Assembly (NCBI GenBank): GCA_042217585.1
Contig: JBDGSJ010000017.1
Coordinates: forward strand, 25,726-36,388
DNA: 10,663 nucleotides
Reading direction: 5' to 3'
DNA from: Candidatus Nanohaloarchaea archaeon
GTDB lineage: Archaea > Nanohalarchaeota > Nanosalinia > Nanosalinales > Nanosalinaceae
Part shown: positions 1-6,726 of the stretch, piece by piece
How positions within the stretch are numbered: position 1 is the stretch's first letter
How the letters are laid out: the number at the start of each line of letters is the position of its first letter
The notes under the pieces: model-generated
What the model saw: the letters and a program-made list of their open reading frames with translations, nothing else
Database searches by the model: none
Told to the model about the DNA's origin: nothing
Translations under genes and position numbers: made by a program

Positions 1-569
1 CTCGACGGCGTCTACATGACCACCTCCATCCCTGACGACGAGAAATCAAAGCTGAAGGAGATGTCGGGCGAGGAAAAGTTCGTCTTCTACATGGAGAACA
101 ACAGCGAGGCTGAGGACGAGGTCCGGGAAAAACTGGAAGATGGTACGACGGTCCTCCTGGACCGGTACCTCGCCAGCACAGTCGCCTACAGGAACGCGGA
201 CAAGAAGGTGTTCGACGGGGAGGACCGCGACTTCCTCGACGCCGTGAAGGAATCGGGGGCTCCTGGCTCGTCGAAATCGACGGCGAAAGCTGGGAGCTGA
301 TGAAACCTGATGCGACCATCTACCTCGACGACCGGGACGGGTTCCGGGAGAGATGGAAGGACGAGAAGGACTATGAGGAATCACACCCCGAGTTCATGGC
401 AGAGGTCGAGTCACAGTACGACAGGCTGGTCGACAGGCTCGGACTCACGCCCGTCACGCTCGTGGAGGGTGAGGACCGGATGGTGGAGAAGGCGGCGAAG
501 AAGCTTCACAGCCGCGAAGTGTTCACGGAGGAAGAGGAATCCCGCCTGCGGGAGAGAGGGTACATCTAG
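1..569 (+). pseudogene. Thymidylate kinase / dNMP kinase family gene, 5'-truncated by the window edge and split by an apparent 1-nt frameshift (fragments <1..300 and 300..569)
   Basis: Frame 1 carries VLLDRYLASTVAY (DRY motif of dTMP kinases). Frame 3 carries KPDATIYLD and E..PEF...V...Y, the downstream motifs of the same family. Frame 3 reads ...GGSWLVEIDGESWELMKPD upstream of the ATG at 300, and one extra G in the G5 run at 255-259 would fuse the frames. The P-loop lies outside the window. May be a sequencing error rather than a true pseudogene. Confidence 0.7.
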
Positions 570-1711
570 AACCTCTTCCCGAAGTAAGCTATCAGGGACA
601 GGGAGGCGGCTATACCCGCGAAACCTGCGGTGAACGACGACGGTTCAGCGGTGAACACGATGAGGAAAGCGGCGAGGGCAACCACTCTTCCGGCGGAGAG
701 AGCGAACTCCCTGAACGCGAAGTACTCCACATAATCCTCTTCCTCCGCCTTCTCCTGCGCCCTGCTGTATATCGGCAGGCTCATCCCGGTCCTTCCCAGA
801 CCGTTGATGAACGAGACCGCGAGAGCCGGACCCGGCGACGTCACCTGCGACATGAAGAGGTACGAGACCGCCGTGACGGCCACCGCCGACGTGATCACGC
901 GGCCCCGGTTGTCTTCACCGGTGACTTTGCCCAGCGTGATACTGGCCACGGCACCTCCGAGAGCCAGGAGACTGCCCGCGCCTCCTATGCTGGTGGAGGA
1001 CTGGATCACCAGCGCCAGGTACAGCGGCCAGAGAACCTTCTTCCCTATCGAGTTTATCCCCTTCCCGGCGAACGTCATGAAGTCGGAAAGATGGGCCCTG
1101 TGGAAGAACGCAGTCGGATCCATCTCGTTCCCCTCGTGGTGCTCCCCAGAGAAGAGGAACGGCACGAACGAACCACCGATCAGTACCGCGGCGACAAGGA
1201 AAAGCAGGGGGAAGCCGTACAGGGAGAGGACCAGCCCGCCGACCGCCGGCGAAAGCATCGACGCCATCGTCGGCATCGAGAAGAAGTAACCTGTCTCCTC
1301 CTCCCTGTCATCGCCGTGGGTGCTCCTCGCCACCTCCGGATTCATCCCGGACCAGTACAGGTTGAAGCCGTAACCCCCGACGACCGCGACCCCGTAAAGC
1401 ATCGTGCCCGTGAGGTCCGCCCTCAGCATCAGGTAGAACAGCAGTATGACCGGGCTGGACGCCAGCGAGGCGTGCTTGTACCCGAGCCTCGAGGCGACCT
1501 TCGCGTTAGGGAAGCTGGCGACGACATAGGCGCCGTAGTACACGAGGAAGAACAGGAAGACGCTCCGGACCGAGTAACCCAGCTCCAGGACGTAAAGCGG
1601 CAGGAATATCGTGACAAGGTTGACCGCCAGCTTGAACATGAAGCTGTGGATGTACACCTCCTGAATCTCCTTCCCGAGATCGATCCTCTCCATCCACTCC
1701 GAGATATGCAT
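566..1711 (-). CDS. Major facilitator superfamily transporter, 381 aa, substrate unknown
   Basis: About 12 hydrophobic helices in two halves; MFS motif-A-like AKVASRLGYK and LGKVTGEDNRG; SPAVGG helix 5 motif. Its stop overlaps the convergent kinase stop in CTAG (566-569). Confidence 0.85.
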   Translation of the reverse strand: MHISEWMERIDLGKEIQEVYIHSFMFKLAVNLVTIFLPLYVLELGYSVRSVFLFFLVYYGAYVVASFPNAKVASRLGYKHASLASSPVILLFYLMLRADLTGTMLYGVAVVGGYGFNLYWSGMNPEVARSTHGDDREEETGYFFSMPTMASMLSPAVGGLVLSLYGFPLLFLVAAVLIGGSFVPFLFSGEHHEGNEMDPTAFFHRAHLSDFMTFAGKGINSIGKKVLWPLYLALVIQSSTSIGGAGSLLALGGAVASITLGKVTGEDNRGRVITSAVAVTAVSYLFMSQVTSPGPALAVSFINGLGRTGMSLPIYSRAQEKAEEEDYVEYFAFREFALSAGRVVALAAFLIVFTAEPSSFTAGFAGIAASLSLIAYFGKRF

Positions 1712-1734
1712 GGACAGGGATTGAAGGCCTGAAC

Positions 1735-1742
1735 CTATAAAA
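1735..1742 (-). promoter_or_regulatory. Putative archaeal TATA box for the MFS gene (leaderless transcript)
   Basis: Minus-strand TTTTATAG in a GC-rich context, 24-31 nt upstream of the ATG at 1711 and directly after the folC stop. Confidence 0.55.
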
Positions 1743-2894
1743 TTAAAGCTCCTGACGGACCTCCCTCACCAGGTACATCGAACCCGTCACAAGCACCCTG
1801 CCGTGCTCCCGCGCACGGTCCACCGCCTCCAGAGGATCGGAGACCTTCTCCCCTCCCGGGAAGCTCTCCGGGTCCAGCGAATCCACCTTCTCAGCCTCCG
1901 TGAAAACGAAACGGTCCGCGACATCCGAAAGCAGCTCCAGCTCCTCGCCCCAGGGCTTGCCCTCCACGCAGCCGAAGACCACCGCGTCGAACTCCCCGAC
2001 AGAATCCACGAGCTGCCTGACGCCGGAGAGGTTGTGGGCGCCATCCAGGAAAAGGTCCTCGTCCACCTTCTCCATCCTGCCCGGTACCGAGACCTCTGAA
2101 AGCGCCTCCCGGACCTCGTCCTCCGGCAGATCGAAGCCCTCGAGCCTGCGGACCGCCTCCAGCGCCGTGTTCATGTTCTCCACCTGGTATGAGCCCCGGA
2201 CACCTGACCTGAAAACCTCGCCGCCGTAGCGGACCTCCAGCGGGTTCGTGGAGACCCCCTCGACCCGTTCGCCGGGTACGTGAACCTCCGCGGACCTCTC
2301 ATCCGCCTCCTCCCTTATGACCGACAGAGCCGGCTCTTCGACCGCTGCGACCACCGAGCCCTCCTCCTGCACTATACCTGATTTCTCCCGGGCTATCTCC
2401 TCCACCGTGTCGCCCAGGACCTCCGAGTGATCCCTGCCGACCGTCGTCAGGACCTGGACATCGGAATCCACGACGTTGGTCGCATCCCTCCTGCCGCCCA
2501 GACCGGTCTCCATCACCGCGACATCCACCTCTTTCCGTGAAAAGTACTCCAGCGCCATCACGACAAGCGTCTCGAACATCGAGAAATCCCGGTCCTTCAC
2601 GTCCTGATAAACGTCCACGAACTCCTCCCGGGAGATCCTCTCGCCGTCGACCACGAAACGGTCCCGCTCAGAACCCATGTGCGGGCCGGTGAAAAGGCCG
2701 ACCGAGTACTCCTGTGAAAGAACCTCGTGAATTATGTGGCAGGTCGAACCCTTCCCGTTCGTCCCCGCGACATGGACCGCGGCGTAATCCTGACTGTACT
2801 TCTCCTCCGCCCTGTCCTTGAACTCCCCGAAACCGAAGTCCTCAGGGTCCGAGACCGACTCCTTCAGCTCCTCAACCGCTTCCCCGTAATCCAC
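1743..2894 (-). CDS. folC: Folylpolyglutamate synthase / dihydrofolate synthase (Mur ligase family), ~383 aa
   Basis: HVAGTNGKGST P-loop, FTGPH, ETGLGGRRDATNV, DH..LG.T..EIA.EKSGI, PGRME, LDGAHN and TGSMYLV motifs. Start reassigned to GTG at 2894 (MDYGEAVEEL), because the 41 upstream codons of the ORF track cross intergenic hairpin, T-tract and TATA sequence. Confidence 0.93.
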   Translation of the reverse strand: MDYGEAVEELKESVSDPEDFGFGEFKDRAEEKYSQDYAAVHVAGTNGKGSTCHIIHEVLSQEYSVGLFTGPHMGSERDRFVVDGERISREEFVDVYQDVKDRDFSMFETLVVMALEYFSRKEVDVAVMETGLGGRRDATNVVDSDVQVLTTVGRDHSEVLGDTVEEIAREKSGIVQEEGSVVAAVEEPALSVIREEADERSAEVHVPGERVEGVSTNPLEVRYGGEVFRSGVRGSYQVENMNTALEAVRRLEGFDLPEDEVREALSEVSVPGRMEKVDEDLFLDGAHNLSGVRQLVDSVGEFDAVVFGCVEGKPWGEELELLSDVADRFVFTEAEKVDSLDPESFPGGEKVSDPLEAVDRAREHGRVLVTGSMYLVREVRQEL

Positions 2895-2915
2895 AATTCC
2901 GGTACAGCCACCAAC

Positions 2916-2923
2916 AAATTTAA
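2916..2923 (-). promoter_or_regulatory. Putative TATA box of folC (leaderless)
   Basis: Minus-strand TTAAATTT 22-29 nt upstream of GTG 2894; no Shine-Dalgarno sequence. Confidence 0.5.
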
Positions 2924-2985
2924 CTCGAACGGGAAAAACCGCCAGGAAAAATACTCCAGAATAGATGACCGGCCTCACAGAGCAC

Positions 2986-3022
2986 CAGGAAAAGAATCCG
3001 GAAGCCGTGCACCGCACGGCTT
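2986..3022 (-). terminator. Hairpin plus T-tract downstream of tRNA-Glu
   Basis: Perfect 9-bp inverted repeat AAGCCGTGC-ACC-GCACGGCTT (3002-3022), followed on the minus strand by CCGGATTCTTTTCC. Confidence 0.5.
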
Positions 3023-3049
3023 ATTGCGTGTCAACTGAGCGTAACCAGT

Positions 3050-3124
3050 TGCGGCTGCCGGGATTTGAACCCGGGTCATCGGCTCGAAAGGCCGAAATGA
3101 TTGACCAGACTACACTACAGCCGC
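3050..3124 (-). tRNA. tRNA-Glu (anticodon TTC), intronless, CCA not encoded
   Basis: Minus strand: GCGGCTG-TA-GTGTAGTCTGGTCAATCAT-T-TCGGC-CTTTCGA-GCCGA-TGAC-CCGGG-TTCAAAT-CCCGG-CAGCCGC-A. Acceptor, anticodon and T stems are perfect; anticodon at 3088-3086. Confidence 0.97.
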
Positions 3125-3155
3125 CTGACCGTGTAAGAATTCAGGCCTCCAACGC

Positions 3156-3162
3156 TTTTAAA
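3156..3162 (-). promoter_or_regulatory. TATA box of tRNA-Glu
   Basis: Minus-strand TTTAAAA about 32-38 nt upstream of the mature tRNA 5' end. Confidence 0.65.
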
Positions 3163-3170
3163 CATGGGAC

Positions 3171-3572
3171 TTATCCTTCGCTGAGATGCCTGATGTCGGA
3201 GAATACCTCCTCGCTGATATCCAGACCTCTCATCGATATCTCGAGTCCCTGGACCAGTTCGTCGAGGTCCTCCTCCCTGAGCTCCATCGGGTCGACCCCT
3301 ATCCTGCTGCACTGGGATGCGACGCTGGACTCCGCGGTGCCGCGCGGGACTTCCTCGGATAGCCTCCGGACCACTTTCAGCGCCAGCGCGTTCATCTCCT
3401 CTCTTTCCCTGTTGGGCTGTTTCTCGTCGAGGTTCTTCGCTATCTGTCTCACCTCGGTCTGGTTCACCGCGTCCCCGGGAGAGGCTCCCTGTGAACTCAC
3501 AAAGTAGGTCGCTCCCAGAGACACGATTATCGCCAGCACGCTTACACCGATGGCTATATCGGTCTTCTCCAT
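3171..3572 (-). CDS. Hypothetical protein with a single N-terminal transmembrane/signal anchor, 133 aa
   Basis: Start reassigned to ATG 3572 (MEKTDIAIGVSVLAIIVSLGATYFV); acidic helical C-terminal part. The longer ORF-track version overlaps the HIT gene antisense. Confidence 0.75.
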   Translation of the reverse strand: MEKTDIAIGVSVLAIIVSLGATYFVSSQGASPGDAVNQTEVRQIAKNLDEKQPNREREEMNALALKVVRRLSEEVPRGTAESSVASQCSRIGVDPMELREEDLDELVQGLEISMRGLDISEEVFSDIRHLSEG

Positions 3573-3651
3573 GACTGTTGACAGGTTCGTGGCAATAGTA
3601 CGCCTTTCAAACGGCGAAAGAGAGAAAAACGCAGGACGGAAAAAAATTGCC

Positions 3652-4053
3652 ATGACGGACGACTGCGTATTCTGCAAGATAATCGACGGTGAGATACCGG
3701 GCCACGTGGTCCACGAGACGGAAAACGTGATAGCGTTCCTCGACGCACAGCCGGTCTCCCGGGGCCACACCCTGGTCGTCCCCAAGGAACACGTGGAGGA
3801 CATCCACGGGACCGCAGATATGGATTTCATGTGGGACGCCATCGTGAAGGTCTCCGACGCGATAGAGGAAGTCTTCGACCCGGAGGGCATCCAGATAGCC
3901 CAGAACAACGGCGAGAAGGCCGGTCAGGAGGTCTTCCACATGCACTTCCACGTCACCCCGGTCTACGACGGCACGGAACTCGAGGTCGAGTACAACAGGA
4001 CCGACCTCGATGAGGGACACGAGATAGCGGAAAAACTCAGGGAAGAGGTGTAG
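3652..4053 (+). CDS. hit: HIT family (histidine triad, HINT-like) nucleotide hydrolase, 133 aa
   Basis: MTDDCVFCKII (Zn-binding CxxC), AFLD.QP.SRGHTLVVPK.H, NNGEKAGQEVFHMHFHV triad. Start reassigned to ATG 3652. Confidence 0.95.
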   Translation: MTDDCVFCKIIDGEIPGHVVHETENVIAFLDAQPVSRGHTLVVPKEHVEDIHGTADMDFMWDAIVKVSDAIEEVFDPEGIQIAQNNGEKAGQEVFHMHFHVTPVYDGTELEVEYNRTDLDEGHEIAEKLREEV

Positions 4054-4077
4054 AGGATCGAACTGAACGCCATCCTC

Positions 4078-4842
4078 GTGGTCCTGGCAGCCGGAGTCCT
4101 CTCGGACCTCGCGACAGCGCTCGGGACCCTGCCGTTCTTCTTTTTCGACGAGGTAGGTGACAGGCTCGTCGTCGGCTTCTGGGGTCTCGCAGGAGGAATA
4201 ATGCTCTCAGCTTCCACCTTCGGGCTGATACTGGAGGCGCTCAGCTTCGGGAACTACCTCGAGGTCGCGGCAGGACTGCTCGCCGGCGTGGTCCTGATAG
4301 CGCTGGCGAACAGGCTGATAGAGGACCACGAGTTCGAGCCACACAGTATAGCGGAGGCCGACTTCAAGAAACTGATGATAATACTCGGCGTATTGACCGT
4401 CCACAGCTTCCCCGAGGGATTCGCCATCGGAGTGTCCTTCGCAGAGATGGACCTCGCCTCCGCCTCGATGCTGTTCGGTGTGCCGGTCCTCGCCGTCTTC
4501 ATGACTCTGGCGATCTCCATACAGAACATCCCTGAGGGCCTCGCGGTATCCATACCGCTGAAGACCTACGGATACTCCAGGAGGGACATGGTGAAGGCAT
4601 CGATTTTCTCCAGCCTTCCGCAGCCGGTTGGAGCGGTCCTGGCCTACTACTTCGTCACGCTGGCAAGGGAGTTCCTGCCGTTCGGCTTCGGCTTCGCCGC
4701 GGGCGCGATGATTTACCTGGTCTTCGCAGAGATGATAGGCGAGGCATTGGAGAGAGGCGAGGACCTGGAAAACCCGGAGAAAGTCCTGGTCTCGGGACTC
4801 GTCATCGGTTTCTTAACGATGGCTCCCCTGCTTTTACTGTGA
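4078..4842 (+). CDS. ZIP family (GufA/ZupT-like) divalent metal transporter; the true start may be 4057 or 4063
   Basis: LAGGIML.AS, TM4 LTVHSFPEGFAIG, TM5 AISIQNIPEGLAVSIPL, LPQPVGA and FAAGAMIYL...EMI motifs. Confidence 0.92.
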   Translation: MVLAAGVLSDLATALGTLPFFFFDEVGDRLVVGFWGLAGGIMLSASTFGLILEALSFGNYLEVAAGLLAGVVLIALANRLIEDHEFEPHSIAEADFKKLMIILGVLTVHSFPEGFAIGVSFAEMDLASASMLFGVPVLAVFMTLAISIQNIPEGLAVSIPLKTYGYSRRDMVKASIFSSLPQPVGAVLAYYFVTLAREFLPFGFGFAAGAMIYLVFAEMIGEALERGEDLENPEKVLVSGLVIGFLTMAPLLLL

Positions 4843-5177
4843 TGAAAGAGAGATCCGCACTGCTGCTGACACGTGACGGCGAAGTACTGCTCGTGGAGAC
4901 GGAGAGCGGCTGGAGCCTTCCATCGACCGGTTCACAGGACAGGGAGCCCACGGCCGCCGCGATGGAGGTGGCGGAGGACCTCGGGGTCGACGCAGAACTG
5001 ACCCAGCCGTTCTACTCCGGCGAACACCAGGAAGACGGCGAGATAGTCCTGGTCCACTGCTACCTCGCGGATTTCACCGGCGAGCCCTCGGGAGAATGGG
5101 TTGAGACGTCGGAGCTGGACGGTATGGATCTTGGACCGGGACTTGAACAGATAAAGCCGGCGCTGAGAAGGATATGA
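4842..5177 (+). CDS. NUDIX-fold protein with a degenerate Nudix box, 111 aa
   Basis: SALLL.RDGEVLLV....GWSLP, then AAAMEVAEDLGV in place of REUXEEXG. The ATG overlaps the ZIP stop (TGATG 4840-4844). Confidence 0.75.
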   Translation: MKERSALLLTRDGEVLLVETESGWSLPSTGSQDREPTAAAMEVAEDLGVDAELTQPFYSGEHQEDGEIVLVHCYLADFTGEPSGEWVETSELDGMDLGPGLEQIKPALRRI

Positions 5178-5184
5178 AAGTATA

Positions 5185-5204
5185 GGAAAGAAAAAACTGT
5201 TTTT
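5185..5204. terminator. Putative bidirectional oligo-T terminator between convergent NUDIX and rpoN
   Basis: GGAAAGAAAAAACTGTTTTT: T6-CTTTCC on the minus strand and T5 on the plus strand, in a short convergent gap. Confidence 0.55.
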
Positions 5205-5401
5205 CAGGCGATGTAGTGCTCGGAGACCTCGTCGATCGTGTCGACGTGCGTCAGGAAGATGGTCCTGCAGCAGTAACGCTCCAGTCCGAGATCGTCAAGG
5301 ACTTCTTTCTCGTCCTCTCCTTCGTCGACTCGCTCGTTGAACTCCTCCCACTTGTCTCCGATGACCTTTCCACAGGAAAGGCACCTGACCGGTATCTGCA
5401 T
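5204..5401 (-). CDS. rpoN: DNA-directed RNA polymerase subunit N (Rpo10)
   Basis: [14 protein letters not shown]...[13 protein letters not shown] signature; SD GGAGGTGA at 5418-5411. Confidence 0.98.
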   Translation of the reverse strand: MQIPVRCLSCGKVIGDKWEEFNERVDEGEDEKEVLDDLGLERYCCRTIFLTHVDTIDEVSEHYIA

Positions 5402-5422
5402 GCTAAACTGTCACCTCCGGTT

Positions 5423-5824
5423 CTACCTGTAGGACTTCTGCTGCTTGTGCCGAGCACCCTTGCTCGACTGCGAGGGTTTGCGGGTCTCGGTCCTCCTCGG
5501 ATCCTCGACCATCATGTTCCTGTCGTAGTCGCGGAACTCCCTCTCGAGGTCGTCGTCACCGGTGTAATCGACGAGTCCACGTGCGATAGCCATCCTGATC
5601 GCCTCGGCCTGGGCCTGGATACCTCCGCCCTCCGAGTTCACCCGGATGTCTATGTCTCCGTAGACCTCCTCTCCGGCGATGACGAGCGGCTCCCTGATCC
5701 TCTGCCGGGCAGACTTCCGGAAGGTGTGGAGCGGCCGGGAGTTGATCCTCAGCGTGCCCTCACCTTCCTCCAGACTGGCTCTCGCCTTCGCCGTCTTCCT
5801 CTTACCTGTAGCATCGACTGTCAT
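5423..5824 (-). CDS. rps9: 30S ribosomal protein S9 (uS9)
   Basis: TGKRKTAKARA, GGG..AQAEAIR.AIARGL, DPRRTE.RKP...GAR.K.QKSYR; SD GGAGGTG at 5838-5832. Confidence 0.98.
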   Translation of the reverse strand: MTVDATGKRKTAKARASLEEGEGTLRINSRPLHTFRKSARQRIREPLVIAGEEVYGDIDIRVNSEGGGIQAQAEAIRMAIARGLVDYTGDDDLEREFRDYDRNMMVEDPRRTETRKPSQSSKGARHKQQKSYR

Positions 5825-5870
5825 TCGAAAACACCTCCGCTGTTTTCTGCAAAGTCACTTTCTTCAAAAG

Positions 5871-6296
5871 TCACTGTTTACCACCCGACGGAGTCCATCC
5901 GATATGCCTAGATATCTTGCCAAGCTTTACATAGTTCCTGTTCCTCAGGTCGTCTCCCTCCTTCACGTCGACCTCCTCGACCTCGTCGAACTCTCCGGGC
6001 TCGCCGAGGTAGGTCTTCAGCCGGGAGAACTGCTCTCTTCCCTCTGAACCGTCGGGAAGCATGTTGTTGACCGTCCGCTTCAGGATCGCGTCGGGCCTCT
6101 TCGGGAAGTAGGGTCCACGGTGCCTCACACCGCGGTCCTTCTTCTCCTTGTAGTCCGCAAGCACTTCCTGCTCATCCCCGGAGACCACGGCCTCCTCGGA
6201 TTTGACGACGCGGACCTCCTCCCCATCCCTCAGCTCCGAGGCGATGCGGGAGGCAAGTCTTCCGATTATCTTGTTCTCTGCGCTTATGACTTTCAT
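5871..6296 (-). CDS. rpl13: 50S ribosomal protein L13 (uL13, archaeal type)
   Basis: IIGRLAS.IA..L..GEEV, GPYFPKRPD.ILKRTV..MLP; ATGA overlap with rpl18e; SD GAGGTGA at 6313-6307. Confidence 0.97.
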   Translation of the reverse strand: MKVISAENKIIGRLASRIASELRDGEEVRVVKSEEAVVSGDEQEVLADYKEKKDRGVRHRGPYFPKRPDAILKRTVNNMLPDGSEGREQFSRLKTYLGEPGEFDEVEEVDVKEGDDLRNRNYVKLGKISRHIGWTPSGGKQ

Positions 6297-6643
6297 TTTA
6301 CTATCCTCACCTCTGAACCCTCCGGGTTCTCATCCATGAGGTCCCGGATGAACATGAACTCGCCGGAATCCGAGATCTTCTCCCGGGCTCCACGGCTCGC
6401 CTTGAAGGCGGCCACCGTGACCTCCTTCGTCAGCCGGCCGGAACCGAGGACCTTGCCCGGGACGACCACCGTGTCGCCGTCCTCCGCGGTCCTCTCGATG
6501 TCCGAGACGTTCACCTCGGGCCTCTTCCTGTTCACTTTTCCAAGGTTTTCAGCTACATCGCTCCAGACAGGAGCCTCGGCGTCCTCGAGACGCTCGATGG
6601 TCTCAAGGAGCACCGGGTTCGTCGGGTCTGCGTTATTATCCAT
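6293..6643 (-). CDS. rpl18e: 50S ribosomal protein L18e (eL18)
   Basis: TNP.L...I..L, W..VA..L, EVNVS.I.R, VVVPGKVLGSG.L.K.VTVAAFKAS..A.EKI. Start set at ATG 6643 from SD GAGGTG at 6658-6653. Confidence 0.97.
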   Translation of the reverse strand: MDNNADPTNPVLLETIERLEDAEAPVWSDVAENLGKVNRKRPEVNVSDIERTAEDGDTVVVPGKVLGSGRLTKEVTVAAFKASRGAREKISDSGEFMFIRDLMDENPEGSEVRIVK

Positions 6644-6708
6644 TGTTGAAAGCACCTCGCGGCTCGGAGAGCCACTTCACGGCTGTGGACAGGAAATGAT
6701 CGACAATC

Positions 6709-6716
6709 TTTATAAA
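6709..6716 (-). promoter_or_regulatory. TATA box of the rpl18e-rpl13-rps9-rpoN operon
   Basis: Consensus TTTATAAA in the 6644-6726 intergenic region; implies a TSS near 6685 and a ~40-nt leader. Confidence 0.65.
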
Positions 6717-6726
6717 TAGGTCAGCT

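Noticed and set aside
804..2229. Several plus-strand and alternate-frame ORFs over MFS and folC
   Set aside because: Shadow ORFs expected from GC-rich codon bias; no motifs.
2895..3017. 41-aa N-terminal extension of FolC in the ORF track
   Set aside because: Composition unlike the acidic protein; overlaps a hairpin, T-tracts and the probable TATA box; FolC-like sequence begins at MDYGEA.
3050..3124. tRNA as an integration (att) site for an island
   Set aside because: No integrase and no duplicated tRNA 3' end seen; flanking genes look like host housekeeping genes.
2965..3507. 180-aa plus-strand ORF
   Set aside because: Antisense to tRNA-Glu and the 133-aa gene; Ser-rich shadow frame.
3573..3908. 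N-terminal extensions of the 245-aa minus ORF and of the HIT ORF (from 3550)
   Set aside because: They overlap each other's real genes across a divergent intergenic region; better starts are at 3572 and 3652.
5216..6719. 231-, 122- and 199-aa plus-strand ORFs
   Set aside because: Antisense to unambiguous rpoN and ribosomal protein genes.
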